DNA of 64,000 nucleotides, from positions 640,001 through 704,000 of the forward strand of contig CAXWPL010000005.1 of assembly GCA_963666215.2 (NCBI GenBank). Reading direction: 5' to 3'. A model generated the notes under the pieces. It was not told the DNA's origin, did not search any database, and was given only the letters and a program-made list of their open reading frames with translations. This DNA is from Acidobacteriota bacterium (GTDB lineage Bacteria; Acidobacteriota; UBA890; WLXD01). Of the stretch, positions 1 to 9,991 are shown piece after piece. The position numbers and the translations under genes were made by a program. Position 1 is the stretch's first letter, and each line of letters opens with the position of its first letter.

Positions 1-298
1 CGGCCAAAGTGATGATCGCGATGTCGAGCAGGCTAACGAGGTAGTGAAGCAGGTCACTGCCCCGCCGCTTGATCCCTATGGTCGTCAACAGGTTGCCCGC
101 CAGCACCGCGCCCGCGATGAGCGACCGAATCATCTGACTCGGCCCCTCGACCGAGTAGAGCAGCCCATAGCAAACCGCTACCGCAAGAAACCAACGCGCC
201 GCGAGCACGGAGTTCGTGTTTCTGCTCCGCGACGGCGCAGAGGCGCGGCTCGCGTTTTCGAAGCCAATGGGCACTTCGGTAGGTTGCTTCGGGTGCAT
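1..298 (-). CDS. Membrane protein, N-terminal part (runs off the window); resembles the sensor N-terminus of the GGDEF/HD-GYP protein at 20106
   Basis: Manual translation from ATG at 298: MHPKQPTEVPIGFENASRASAPSRSRNTNSVLAARWFLAVAVCYGLLYSVEGPSQMIRSLIAGAVLAGNLLTTIGIKRRGSDLLHYLVSLLDIAIITLA, open to the window edge, with hydrophobic helices. Confidence 0.7.
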   Translation of the reverse strand, partial: MHPKQPTEVPIGFENASRASAPSRSRNTNSVLAARWFLAVAVCYGLLYSVEGPSQMIRSLIAGAVLAGNLLTTIGIKRRGSDLLHYLVSLLDIAIITLA

Positions 299-594
299 GG
301 GCCTGGGACCAGCCACCCCCGAGCAGGGGCGACGCTGTTGAAAGGGCTCGTGGTGCAGTCAATGTATTGAATCTCATCCCTGGTACTCAACCGTAATCTT
401 TGAAGTTGTTTGAATAACTTAAGTGTCTTTCAGTGACCAAATGTGACTCGGCGAACCGAAACCGCTGGCTGTCCGGCTGGCTCTCATCGCCAAAACGGCC
501 ACTCTCGCTGGCGCCGATGGCAGCACGAAGGCGGCTCGCGGAAGAGCAAAGGAAGCAGAATCGACGGTTCTAGAGGAGGACCGAGCCCAGACTG

Positions 595-1806
595 CTACTC
601 GTAGCGGAGGGCCTCGATCGGATCGAGTCCGCTGGCGCGCCGCGCCGGATAGAAGCCGAAAACGACGCCAATCAGCGCTGAGAAGCCGAACGCCAGCAGC
701 ACCGAATTGGGCGACACGAGCATTTGCCAGCCGGCCTGGGTGGCCAGATAACGCGACGCGGCAAAGCCCAGCGCGATACCCAAGCCGCCGCCCACCGCCG
801 ACAAGACCACGGCTTCGATCAGGAACTGTAGCTGGATGCTGCTCTTGCGCGCCCCGATCGCCTTGCGGATGCCAATCTCCCGGGTCCGCTCCGTCACCGA
901 GACCAGCATGATGTTCATGATCCCGATGCCGCCCACCAACAGGCTGACGCCGGCGATACCGGCGAGTAGGAAGGTGAAGGTCTGGCCGGTCTCGGCGATA
1001 ACGTTGAGGAACTCGGTCTGTCGCGAGATGTTGAAGTCGTTGTCGACGCCCGGGCGGAGTCGGTGCTGGCGTCGCAGCACCGACTCGATCTGCGCCATCG
1101 CCAGCGTGATGTGGTTTTCGGTAGGCACCTCGGCGGTGATCGAGGAGATGTAGTCGGTGCCGAACAGGCGCCGCATGGCGGTCCCCAGAGGCAGCACCAC
1201 CACGTCATCGCGACTGCGGAAGCCGCTGTCACCCTTCTCCTCGAGAACGCCAATGATCTCGAAAGCAACGCCGGTGACGCGGATCTCTTCACCCACCGGG
1301 TCGACGCTACGCGGAAAGAGATTCGCGGCGATCTCGGACCCGATCACGGCGACGCGGCGGTTGCCCTCCTGCTCGGTGCCGGTAAAAAACCGACCCGCGG
1401 CTAGCTTCCAGTTGTTCATCTCGAGATAGCCGATCCAGGTTCCGGTAACCGTTACGGTGGCCGCCCGATTCTGGTACTCCAGCTGGATCGACGATCGTTC
1501 CAGCACCGGCACGATCTGGGTAACCGCGTCGCATTGCTCGATAATCTTGTGCGCGTCGCCGATGCTCATCCGCGCGCCGCGTTGACGCGCGCCGGTCCAG
1601 AACCCCGACCCCGCGCGAATCGTCAAGCGGTTAGAGCCCAGGGCCTCGATCTGCGACTGCACGGAGGCCTGCGCGCCTTCGCCCAGACCCACCATCGTGA
1701 TCACCGCCGCCACGCCGATGATCACGCCGAGCATGGTCAGGCTCGAGCGCATGAGGTTGGCGCGCAGAGACGCCAGCGACACGAAGACGATCTCCAGAAT
1801 CAGCAC
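595..1806 (-). CDS. MacB/FtsX-family ABC transporter permease (no fused ATPase)
   Basis: RSSLTMLGVIIGVAAVI, LLVGGIGIMNIMLVSVTERTREIGIRKAIGA and C-terminal YPARRASGLDPIEALRYE. Confidence 0.95.
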   Translation of the reverse strand: MLILEIVFVSLASLRANLMRSSLTMLGVIIGVAAVITMVGLGEGAQASVQSQIEALGSNRLTIRAGSGFWTGARQRGARMSIGDAHKIIEQCDAVTQIVPVLERSSIQLEYQNRAATVTVTGTWIGYLEMNNWKLAAGRFFTGTEQEGNRRVAVIGSEIAANLFPRSVDPVGEEIRVTGVAFEIIGVLEEKGDSGFRSRDDVVVLPLGTAMRRLFGTDYISSITAEVPTENHITLAMAQIESVLRRQHRLRPGVDNDFNISRQTEFLNVIAETGQTFTFLLAGIAGVSLLVGGIGIMNIMLVSVTERTREIGIRKAIGARKSSIQLQFLIEAVVLSAVGGGLGIALGFAASRYLATQAGWQMLVSPNSVLLAFGFSALIGVVFGFYPARRASGLDPIEALRYE

Positions 1807-1884
1807 GTTCGCCCGCTCTCCCCCGCGCTCGCTCTAGGGCTTCTCGATCGACACTGGATCGAAGCCCTGTCGAAGTTCCGCCCG

Positions 1885-3444
1885 CTATCCACTCCCGACG
1901 CCCGGGATGCGGTTGAAGCGCGCGAAACGGTCGCGCAGCGCCTGGTTCGAGTTGAGCAGCGATGTGCTCGGCAACATGACCACTTCGGCACCTTCGTCGA
2001 GGCCGTCGACCACCTCGGTGTACTCCCAGTCGCGCACGCCAATCATCACGCGCCGAGGCACCATCGTGCCCTCGGCGTCGAGGATGAACACCACCGCCGG
2101 TTCGGGCGCCTGGCCGACGCCGAAAGCGTCCATGCTGACGCCACCGCCACCTCGACCGCCCCCGGCGCCGCCGGGTGGACCGCCGAAGCCACCGGGACGC
2201 GCCCCCGTCGGGGCGCCACCACGGCCACCGGTGCTACCACCGGGCCGCGCGCCCGCGAACAGCTCGCGGCGCTCCTCGTCGGACAGCTTGGCCATTGCGG
2301 CGCGGCGATCCTCCGGGCTCATGGCGCGCACCTTCTCAGCGGTGAGCTCCTCTTCGTCTGAGCCGTCGCTGGCAAGCGAGTCCGAGCCACCGGGCGCTCC
2401 GCCTGGGTGCTGATTGGCCGCGACGTTGGCCGGCGTGGGCGCGGTGAGCGCCTCGCGATCGAACTCGATGCCGAGCAGGCGAGCCACAATGGCGGCGTCG
2501 GCCATCGTCTTGATCGCTTCGTTCGGAACCGTAAGCACTTGTGGGCGCCGATGGATCACGACATCGGCGTCGGCGTTCATGCCGGGCAGCAGAAGCCCCT
2601 CTGAGTTGTCGATGTACGAGAGCACCGGAAACGTCGTCACCTGCTGCTCCACAACCGCCTGCGGCTCGATCTTGACCACCTGTCCTGTGAAGCGACGGCT
2701 GGGGAAGGCCTCGACGGTGCTCTCGACCGGCAGCCCGGCCTTCACGCGGCCGATATCGATCTCATCGACGAGGGTGCGGATCTCGAGCTCCGTGAGGTCG
2801 GCCATCTCGACGAGCGTGGCACCGCCCGAGATGTTGTTGACCGACGACGTGATGATCGTACCGACCTCGACGTCCTTCTTGATGATGGTTCCGTCTACCG
2901 GCGCCCTCACGGTCGCGTCGTCAAGCCGCTCCTGGCGGAGCTTGATCTCGGCCTGGGCCCGCAGTAGCTGTGCCTTGGCAGTGGAGTAGTTCTGCTCCGA
3001 CTGCTCGAGATCCTGCACCGACACCAGGTCTTGCTTCTCGAGGTTCTTCGCCCTCTCGTATTGTCGATCGGAGATCTTGAGTCGTGTTTCGGCGCTCTCG
3101 AGATCGGCCTGGGCCTGGAGGAACTCCTGCTCGAGCGTCTCGGTATCGATCTGGGCGATTAACTGGCCGGCCACGACATGATCGCCGAGCTCCACCGGCA
3201 TGTTGATCACCTCGCCGGCAGCCTTGCTCTTGACCTGCACGATACGGACGGGACGAAGAACACCGGTGGCGGAAACCGTCACGGTGATGTCGCGCACCTC
3301 CGCCTTGCCCATCGGCACCTCGCCGAGCCCGCTTTCCTCCTTCTCGGCTGTGAGTCGGCCATAGCCGACCCAACCCCCGTAGGCCAAACCGGCGATGACC
3401 GCCAGGGAAGCGAGGCGGCGCAGAACGTTCAGGACGATCTTCAA
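1885..3444 (-). CDS. Efflux periplasmic adaptor subunit (MacA/HlyD family) with a Gly-rich insertion
   Basis: N-terminal TM anchor, VQVKSKAAGEV, coiled coil, TVRAPVDGTI, VDEIDIGRVKAG, LLPGMNA. Confidence 0.93.
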   Translation of the reverse strand: MKIVLNVLRRLASLAVIAGLAYGGWVGYGRLTAEKEESGLGEVPMGKAEVRDITVTVSATGVLRPVRIVQVKSKAAGEVINMPVELGDHVVAGQLIAQIDTETLEQEFLQAQADLESAETRLKISDRQYERAKNLEKQDLVSVQDLEQSEQNYSTAKAQLLRAQAEIKLRQERLDDATVRAPVDGTIIKKDVEVGTIITSSVNNISGGATLVEMADLTELEIRTLVDEIDIGRVKAGLPVESTVEAFPSRRFTGQVVKIEPQAVVEQQVTTFPVLSYIDNSEGLLLPGMNADADVVIHRRPQVLTVPNEAIKTMADAAIVARLLGIEFDREALTAPTPANVAANQHPGGAPGGSDSLASDGSDEEELTAEKVRAMSPEDRRAAMAKLSDEERRELFAGARPGGSTGGRGGAPTGARPGGFGGPPGGAGGGRGGGGVSMDAFGVGQAPEPAVVFILDAEGTMVPRRVMIGVRDWEYTEVVDGLDEGAEVVMLPSTSLLNSNQALRDRFARFNRIPGVGSG

Positions 3445-3693
3445 TTCGACACCTGTCCGCCGACCGCGGCGCTCGCCAATACGGAGTCCGGGTCGGTCTC
3501 GTTGAGCTGACCTCCGCGGATCGTCTCGCCCGACTCAGCGAGACTGGCGGAGTCGGTAATGTCGCCCTGCTGGGCGTGCGGAGGCTCATAAACCTGCACC
3601 AAGGTTGCCTCGCTCCCGGAGCAATCACAAGGCAGCCTGTGTAAGGAATTGTAAAGGGCCGGCGGGCGCGGCTACGGCGAGAATCGTGGCTCC

Positions 3694-3987
3694 CTACGCG
3701 GTGAGAAACTTCCACAATGCGGAGCAGTCGCCACAGCGGCACAGATGCTCTACAACCGCCGGGCTCGGTTGGCCGCCGTCCGCCATCGCAGCCCAGACAT
3801 TCTCGTCGGGACAGTCGCGCGCCTCCGTTGAAACGTGGGCCGCCAGCTCGGCGGCGACCTTCTCGAGCCAGCGCCAACGGGTGAGGCAGCTCGCGCAACG
3901 GGAAAGGTGATCGGCGCAGTCGTCGTGGCGTTCCACGAACGCCCCTGCTATGCGCCGGGGCGACGGGCATGTGGCGACGTTGGACAT
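3694..3987 (-). CDS. Small soluble zinc-binding anti-sigma-like protein with two zf-HC2 motifs
   Basis: Two units of CP...HxxxCxxC (HLSRCASC, HLCRCGDC); AAGGA RBS; directly downstream of the sigma factor. Confidence 0.75.
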   Translation of the reverse strand: MSNVATCPSPRRIAGAFVERHDDCADHLSRCASCLTRWRWLEKVAAELAAHVSTEARDCPDENVWAAMADGGQPSPAVVEHLCRCGDCSALWKFLTA

Positions 3988-4022
3988 GGGGGAGTTCCTT
4001 GCGGGTCGGAGAGTTGCTTGCG

Positions 4023-5051
4023 TTACGGATCTAGGAGGTCCAGCCCTCCCGGTTGTGGACCGAAGTCGGTGAATGTGACTCCGCGCGCTCGCAACGCACT
4101 TGCCAAACGTTCGAGACCACGAGCCTGCAGCTCGTACACCCGCTTGTGATTGGTCACGCCGAGTGTCTTGGCAATGACATGCGCCGGCATCCCGTGTGCG
4201 TACCGCAGTCGCAATGCGGCACTCTCCTCGGCGGGAAGTCCGTCGAACAGCTCGCGGAATGCCGCGGCGGCGTGCTCTCGAACCAGCTCGGTTTCCAGCC
4301 CGTTGCCCTCCGCTACCAGGTCGATGGGTTGATCGGTCTCGTCCGCCGTGCGGCCTTCCACCGACAGCCAGCCGCTACGCCAGCGCGTTCCCGCTGCAAG
4401 CCGCCAGATGTGCTCGCTGCCAAGTACGCACTGAACGTCGGCCATCACCCGGTCGAGCTCGCGGCGGTCGAGACGAATCGCGTGATTCGACGCCAACAGC
4501 TCGCCAACCTCGGCGAGCTCGAAGCCCTCCCAGTAGCGGTAGCGGAACACGAGCCTGTGCTCTTCGGGCAGCTGCTGCACTCGCCTCAGGAGGCGACGTC
4601 GCCCGCGAGAGTTGCGAATCCACTCGCGCGCGACGTTGAACGTGACCGCCGCCAGCCAGGTCGTGAACTTGCACGGCCCAGCCGACCCGCGACCGCGGAA
4701 CTGCTTGATGCGACGGCAGTCGCCTTCGAAGAGCCGCGAGCAGACGTGCGCGTAGATCTCCATGCGCTCGTCGTAGTCCCGCGTCATCCTTCTGAGGCAA
4801 CCCAACAAGAACGTCGAGTACCTCGCCAGGAAGGCGTCCCAGGCGGCGTCCCCGTGCTCGTGGACGGCGACGACCTCTTCGGGCAGGCTCTCCGCCGCGG
4901 TGTCCGCGTCGTTGGCGCCCGCGGCGTTCGTTCGGCGGCTGGCGACCGGGCCCCTGCGGCCTTCCGGGGTGCCGCTGGTGCTGTCGGTCGATGGTGCGTG
5001 CGCTTCTTGCGCCCGCGGCTCTCGCCGACGAGCGAACCGGCTGGATCCCAC
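4023..5051 (-). CDS. Sigma-70 family (ECF-like) RNA polymerase sigma factor
   Basis: Sigma2-like AWDAFLARY...KFTTWLAAVTFNVAREWIR; two sigma4-like segments, LPEEHRLVFRYRYWEG and LPAEESAALRLRYAHG...KRVYELQARGLERL; start uncertain. Confidence 0.85.
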   Translation of the reverse strand: MGSSRFARRREPRAQEAHAPSTDSTSGTPEGRRGPVASRRTNAAGANDADTAAESLPEEVVAVHEHGDAAWDAFLARYSTFLLGCLRRMTRDYDERMEIYAHVCSRLFEGDCRRIKQFRGRGSAGPCKFTTWLAAVTFNVAREWIRNSRGRRRLLRRVQQLPEEHRLVFRYRYWEGFELAEVGELLASNHAIRLDRRELDRVMADVQCVLGSEHIWRLAAGTRWRSGWLSVEGRTADETDQPIDLVAEGNGLETELVREHAAAAFRELFDGLPAEESAALRLRYAHGMPAHVIAKTLGVTNHKRVYELQARGLERLASALRARGVTFTDFGPQPGGLDLLDP

Positions 5052-5338
5052 TCAGTTGTCTCCCCGTTGACTGCCGGCACGCCCTCGATCGGGCGCTGCC
5101 TCCCGGCCTCTGTCAACATCAGACGGCCATGGCCGTCACGTTGTCCGGGGAGAGCAACGTATTTCGCGCGATCCTAGCAGTCAGCGGGCGCGGCTGTGGA
5201 AGTGGTGGTCGTGCGCGGGAGGTACCACCGGCAATCAGCCCTGGCGGCGGGCTCGATTCAGCGACGCAACGAGATCGGAGCTCTGCTGTCGCCAGCCAAT
5301 CGATGGCCTTGCCGCCACTCGGAGAAGCCGACAGCTAG

Positions 5339-5950
5339 CTAGGCGTCGGGTAGCTTGCCGCCGCGCAGACCCTCTTGGAACTGCTCGAGAGCGTCCCAGC
5401 GACCTGTGGCGGCCATCGCCGACTGTTCGGGCCACGTGCCCGGGTCGTGAATCCGAAACCGCTCGCCTGCATCCTGCAAGATCGAACGCAGGCGTTCGAC
5501 GTCCGTGGCAGCGAGCTGGGCGTAGCTCCAGATACCAGCTTCGTTGAGCAGCCCTTCGATCTTCGGGCCGATCCCCTCGACGCGTTTCAGGTCGTCGCGC
5601 AGCTCGGCCGCGGACCGACCCGCCGTCGCGGCAATCGGCATCGCCACCGTGGCCGCGGTATCGAACGGCGTGACGTCTTCGAGGTTCACCGGCCTCCACA
5701 CAGACTCCGGCTCAGCCTCGGGTAGACCATCAGCGGGTAGCTCGTCGATGACCGTCGATTCGGCGACCCTTCGGGCACTGCGCTCGCGCTCGAGGTCCTC
5801 TTCGAGCTCGTCCAGTTGGCGACGCCAGCTGCGACGCGCCTGCTCGAGCTCTGTGCGGCAACGCAGGCCGCGTAGCAGCCACCCAATCAGCAATCCCAGC
5901 AGGAAGGCTGCAAGCAGATAAAGGATGATCCGTACAATCAGAAAGGTCAT
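5339..5950 (-). CDS. Membrane-anchored helix-hairpin-helix domain protein (COG3743-like)
   Basis: N-terminal TM, coiled coil, DDLKRVEGIGPKIEGLLNEAGIWSYAQLA...DPGTWPEQS. Confidence 0.8.
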   Translation of the reverse strand: MTFLIVRIILYLLAAFLLGLLIGWLLRGLRCRTELEQARRSWRRQLDELEEDLERERSARRVAESTVIDELPADGLPEAEPESVWRPVNLEDVTPFDTAATVAMPIAATAGRSAAELRDDLKRVEGIGPKIEGLLNEAGIWSYAQLAATDVERLRSILQDAGERFRIHDPGTWPEQSAMAATGRWDALEQFQEGLRGGKLPDA

Positions 5951-6087
5951 TGCGCAGCTCCGGGATGACGGCAGCCTAGAGGTAGACAGACTCCCAGGAG
6001 ATCCGCCACGGTGGCCGACTTATAGGCGGCCGGACACCCGCGGTCAAGGTAGGACATGCCGACCCGTACTCCTCCGACACTACGGCT

Positions 6088-7495
6088 GGGATGTCACAGG
6101 CTCCGTTGAAAAAGGGTGACGGTGATCCGACCTCGATAGTGTGTCGGGGTCAATCCACTGGCATGGAGGATCACCGTCATGAGCAAGAGTCGCAGAACAG
6201 AGACAAGTAGGAAAGCGGAGCGCCAAGAGAACCCGCTCCTGGAGGCAGTGGTAGCGGCGCGATCGGATCTACGAGCGCTGGTCATGGACGCGGGCTTCGG
6301 GGTGTTGGGTTCGCTGCTGGAAGAAGACCGGGCGGAGCTCTGCGGAGAGCGCTACGCGCGGTCACAGCAGCGGCGGGCGTACCGACACGGCTACGACGAG
6401 GGCTCGCTGGTGATGGGCGGCCGGCGGGTCAAGGTACGCAAGCCGCGGGCTCGGAGCGTCGATGGCCAAGAGCTGCCGCTGCCGCACTGGGAGAGGTTCA
6501 AGGCAACAGATCCGCTCGAAGAGCGCGCCGTAGAGCAGATCCTGTGCGGCGTCACGACGCGCAAGTACGAGCGCTCGTTAGAGCGGCTCGACGACGGGCG
6601 AGCTTCGTCGGGAACGAGTCGCTCGAGTGTGTCGCGGCGGTTCGTAGCGCGTACAGCCAAGCAGGTGCAGCAGTACCTGGCCCAACCGCTCAATGAAGTG
6701 GACCTGCCGGTGCTGGTGATCGACGGCACGCACATGGGCAAGCACTTGTTGGTGATCGCCATGGGCATCGACGCGGACGGCGTCAAGCATGTGCTGGGTG
6801 TCGTAGAGGGCACCACGGAGAGCTCCCACGTGTGCCGGTCGCTGCTGCGGCAGTTGATCGAGCGCGGCATGCCCGTCGAACGGGCGCGGTTGGTGGTAAT
6901 CGATGGCTCCAAGGGCCTCCGTAAAGCAGTGCGCGACACGTTCGGCGAGTGGGCCCTGATCCAGCGCTGCCGTGTCCACAAGATCAAGAATGTATTGGAG
7001 CATCTGCCAGGGCATATCCGGCCCTGGTTCGCAGCCAAGATCCGCAAGGCGTGGAAGGCGGAGACGGCCACGGCAGCGACCAAGCAGCTCGACGCCGTGG
7101 TCAAGGAGCTGGAGACCGATCACCCCGGTGCAGCGGCCTCGCTCAGAGAAGGAATGCAAGAGACGCTCACCGTCACTCGGCTCCGAGTTCAGGGGCCGCT
7201 GCTTCGGACGTTACGTTCAACGAATACGATCGAGAACCTGAACGGGACGATCAAACACGTCAGCCGCAACGTAAAGCGGTGGCGCTCCGGGAGCATGATC
7301 GTTCGATGGGCGGTTACTGCACTCATCGAGGCCGAGAGCAAGTTCCGGAGGGTTCGTGGCTACCGCGACATCGCCAAGCTCGATGCCGCACTCAACACCG
7401 CCGTCGACGTTCCCCTTGAGCAGGAGCGCCGTACTGCGTAACAATCCCCAACCACTTCACCGTCGCCTTAGTTCAACGGACGGTGGGACATCCCC
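6088..7495 (+). mobile_element. IS256-family element, copy 1, with 8-bp target duplication
   Basis: Imperfect terminal IRs GGGATGTCACAGGCTCCGTTGAA / TTCAACGGACGGTGGGACATCCCC; CTACGGCT at both 6080-6087 and 7496-7503. Confidence 0.95.
6179..7441 (+). CDS. IS256-family (mutator-type) DDE transposase
   Basis: VLVIDG, VVIDGSKGL, QRCRVH (CxxH), STNTIENLN. Confidence 0.95.
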   Translation: MSKSRRTETSRKAERQENPLLEAVVAARSDLRALVMDAGFGVLGSLLEEDRAELCGERYARSQQRRAYRHGYDEGSLVMGGRRVKVRKPRARSVDGQELPLPHWERFKATDPLEERAVEQILCGVTTRKYERSLERLDDGRASSGTSRSSVSRRFVARTAKQVQQYLAQPLNEVDLPVLVIDGTHMGKHLLVIAMGIDADGVKHVLGVVEGTTESSHVCRSLLRQLIERGMPVERARLVVIDGSKGLRKAVRDTFGEWALIQRCRVHKIKNVLEHLPGHIRPWFAAKIRKAWKAETATAATKQLDAVVKELETDHPGAAASLREGMQETLTVTRLRVQGPLLRTLRSTNTIENLNGTIKHVSRNVKRWRSGSMIVRWAVTALIEAESKFRRVRGYRDIAKLDAALNTAVDVPLEQERRTA

Positions 7496-7762
7496 CTACG
7501 GCTCTCTGTGGTGTGTACCCGGCGAGGAAGATCGACGAGGATACGCGTTACGCCAACGTCGACAATGCCGGCACCGCACCCCGCCTCGAGCTCGGCGTGG
7601 GCGTCCCAGGCTCGACCCGCGGCGGGTCCGTCTGCTCGCCCCGAGAGCACCAGCGGCCACGCGCAGGAGCGCGTCGCGGCAGTCGGGCAGCCGGCGCATA
7701 CAATGTGATTCATCAGACGCGGTGATGTACCCACCATCCCGCTCGAGGCAAGGAGTCTCTGT

Positions 7763-8335
7763 ATGCTGGCCCGCCATCACTCCGTGGTAGCCGCCGTTCT
7801 GCTCGTTATCGGCGCCCCGGCGACGGGGCGAACCACGCCACCGATGAGGCAGGACCAAAGCGCGGCCGACGCGGTAGCGGCGGCCAAGAGCTCACCGCTG
7901 CTGGAGCTGGCCGACGCCTACTACGAGGCGTACGCCGCCCTCGACCTCGAGCGCATGGTCACGTTCCTCGCCGATGACGTCCAGTTTCGCGACCCGACGT
8001 TACATCTGTTCCCCGGCGAAACGATCGACGCGCAAGCCGGGCTGATGGTGGATGGAATCGACCAGGTGCGGGCCATGCTGGGGCAGGTCTTCGCCAACGA
8101 GAGCCTGTTGGGATTGAGTTGGGAGGTGGCGAACCGCTTCGCCTCGGGCAACTACGTTGTCCTGCAGGGAAGCTTCCACCAAGAGCTCGACGGCAGGCTG
8201 CTTGGCACGCGCGAGCGCGTGCTTCGGATCTCGACAACGTTCGTCACCGTGCTCGAGATCGTCGACGGCAAGATCCGCAGCCAAACCGACTATGTCGACT
8301 ACGGACAGCTCAGCCGCCAGCTCGCCCCCGAATAG
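7763..8335 (+). CDS. Secreted NTF2/SnoaL-like protein
   Basis: Signal peptide; YYEAYAALDLERMVTFLADDVQFRDP...DGKIRSQTDYVD; AAGGAG RBS. Confidence 0.85.
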   Translation: MLARHHSVVAAVLLVIGAPATGRTTPPMRQDQSAADAVAAAKSSPLLELADAYYEAYAALDLERMVTFLADDVQFRDPTLHLFPGETIDAQAGLMVDGIDQVRAMLGQVFANESLLGLSWEVANRFASGNYVVLQGSFHQELDGRLLGTRERVLRISTTFVTVLEIVDGKIRSQTDYVDYGQLSRQLAPE

Positions 8336-8425
8336 ACCTCCGCCCATCTAACCGTCGGCAATCCTGCGACTGTCGGCGCAAGGCGTACTTCGAGCCCGGT
8401 ACTCAGCCCACGACCTCGCGAGTGA

Positions 8426-9991
8426 CTAGGAAGCCCGAGCGAGCACCGCGGCTTCGAGCGGCCTGTGCAACCGCCACCAGCTCTCGGCCGCCTGGCCGTC
8501 CCAGCCCTGATCGGTAGTCACGGAGTCCAGCGTCGCCGACAGCTCGGTCATGCTCGCGACGCGTTCGGCGGGCGACTTGCGCAAGCAACGAAGGACGATC
8601 TCGTCGAGCGCGGCCGGAACCGGCAGCTCTGTACACCGCGAGGGCGCTTGAGGCTCGGTTTTGACATGGTCGACGATCGTCGCCATCGGATTATCGTGCT
8701 CGAAGACCAGCCGGCCGGTGAGCAACCAGAAGGCCACGCAGCCGAGCGAGTAGATATCGGTAGCCGGGCCGATTCCCGAGCCTCCGACCGCCATCTCGGG
8801 AGCCATGTAGCCCGGTATGCCGGTCGCCATGCCGTCCATGGTCAATCGCGTGAGCTCCTCCCGAGGCTTCTCCTCTTTGACCAGCCCGAAATCCACGACT
8901 TTGGCAAAGTCGTACAGAAGCCCCTGGCGGCAAGCGACGATGTTCGACGGTTTGATGTCGCGATGCACCAGGCCGTTAGCGTGGGCGTCGGCGAGAGAAG
9001 CACAAACCTGTTTCAGCAAGTAGACGGCGCGGCCCGCGGGCAACGGACCGAAGCGCTTCACCAGTGACTCGAGATCGATCCCCTCGAGATACTCCATGAC
9101 GTAGTAGAACGTGCCATCTTCGGTGGTGCCGAAGTCGTACACTGCAACCGTGTTGGGCGAGTGCAGCGACGCGGTTGCCTGCGCCTCGCGCTCGAAGCGA
9201 CGGATGGCCAGCCTTGCCGAATCAGCATCGCCGTTCGCAATCAGATCCGGGCGGATAATCTTGATTGCCGCCGGGCGCGCCAGCGTTTGATGCTGCGCCC
9301 GCCAAACCTCGCCCATGCCGCCCTTGCCGATCCGTTCCTGGAGATCGTAGAGGTTGCTCTGACGGGCCTCGAACGTCGCCGCCCGAAAGCGGCCGATCAC
9401 GCCAGCGCCCATCACCGCGACCACCCAGCCAACCAACGACAGCAGCACGAGGTCGCTCAACCTCGCTGAATCCAGAGCCTGGACGAGCAGCCCCGTAGCC
9501 TCTGGCGCGGTGCCTCGCATGAGCAGCGGCGCTACAAGCGGCGCCAGTGCCATCGGTAGGGTCACGACGGCACAACGCTGCCAGGTGTTCGGGATGAAGA
9601 TGGCGTAGACCGGCATGAGCAGAATCATCGAGAAAACCGACACCGCCAGCGCCGAATACACGAAACCGCTCTGGCCGGTCGCCGCCTCGAGTGACAGGCG
9701 CAAGTGGCTGACGGCCACGACGTGCAGCGTGATCGTCGCGAACATCGTCAGCTCGAGCCCGCGCAGTTGCCGCAGGGAGAGCTCGAGCTTGCTGAACAGG
9801 ACGCCGCTGATGGCGGCAAGCACGATCACCACGAGGTAGGCGTACGGCGGTGCCGCTGGCCCGACTAGCAGCCCGCGAACGACGAACGCCAAGACGGTCG
9901 CGACCATGAGCGCCGAGAGCGGGCGCATCATCAGCCGATGGACGAAACCGGTGGCCGCTGATATTGCCTGGGTGTCCGACCCGGACACCAT
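8426..9991 (-). CDS. Hanks-type Ser/Thr kinase with a multi-TM N-terminal domain
   Basis: IGKGGMGEVW, AAIK, HRDIKPSN, DFGL, YMAPE; about 6 hydrophobic helices at the N-terminus. Confidence 0.95.
   Translation of the reverse strand: MVSGSDTQAISAATGFVHRLMMRPLSALMVATVLAFVVRGLLVGPAAPPYAYLVVIVLAAISGVLFSKLELSLRQLRGLELTMFATITLHVVAVSHLRLSLEAATGQSGFVYSALAVSVFSMILLMPVYAIFIPNTWQRCAVVTLPMALAPLVAPLLMRGTAPEATGLLVQALDSARLSDLVLLSLVGWVVAVMGAGVIGRFRAATFEARQSNLYDLQERIGKGGMGEVWRAQHQTLARPAAIKIIRPDLIANGDADSARLAIRRFEREAQATASLHSPNTVAVYDFGTTEDGTFYYVMEYLEGIDLESLVKRFGPLPAGRAVYLLKQVCASLADAHANGLVHRDIKPSNIVACRQGLLYDFAKVVDFGLVKEEKPREELTRLTMDGMATGIPGYMAPEMAVGGSGIGPATDIYSLGCVAFWLLTGRLVFEHDNPMATIVDHVKTEPQAPSRCTELPVPAALDEIVLRCLRKSPAERVASMTELSATLDSVTTDQGWDGQAAESWWRLHRPLEAAVLARAS

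Noticed and set aside
403-420. Imperfect palindrome AAGTTGTT-TG-AATAACTT as an operator
   Set aside because: Single imperfect instance in an AT-rich promoter region with no assignable regulator.
5947-7737. Gene interrupted by IS256 copy 1
   Set aside because: Removing the IS gives an open minus-strand frame ending at the 5950 ATGA overlap, but I recognise no protein features in it, so it is unsupported.
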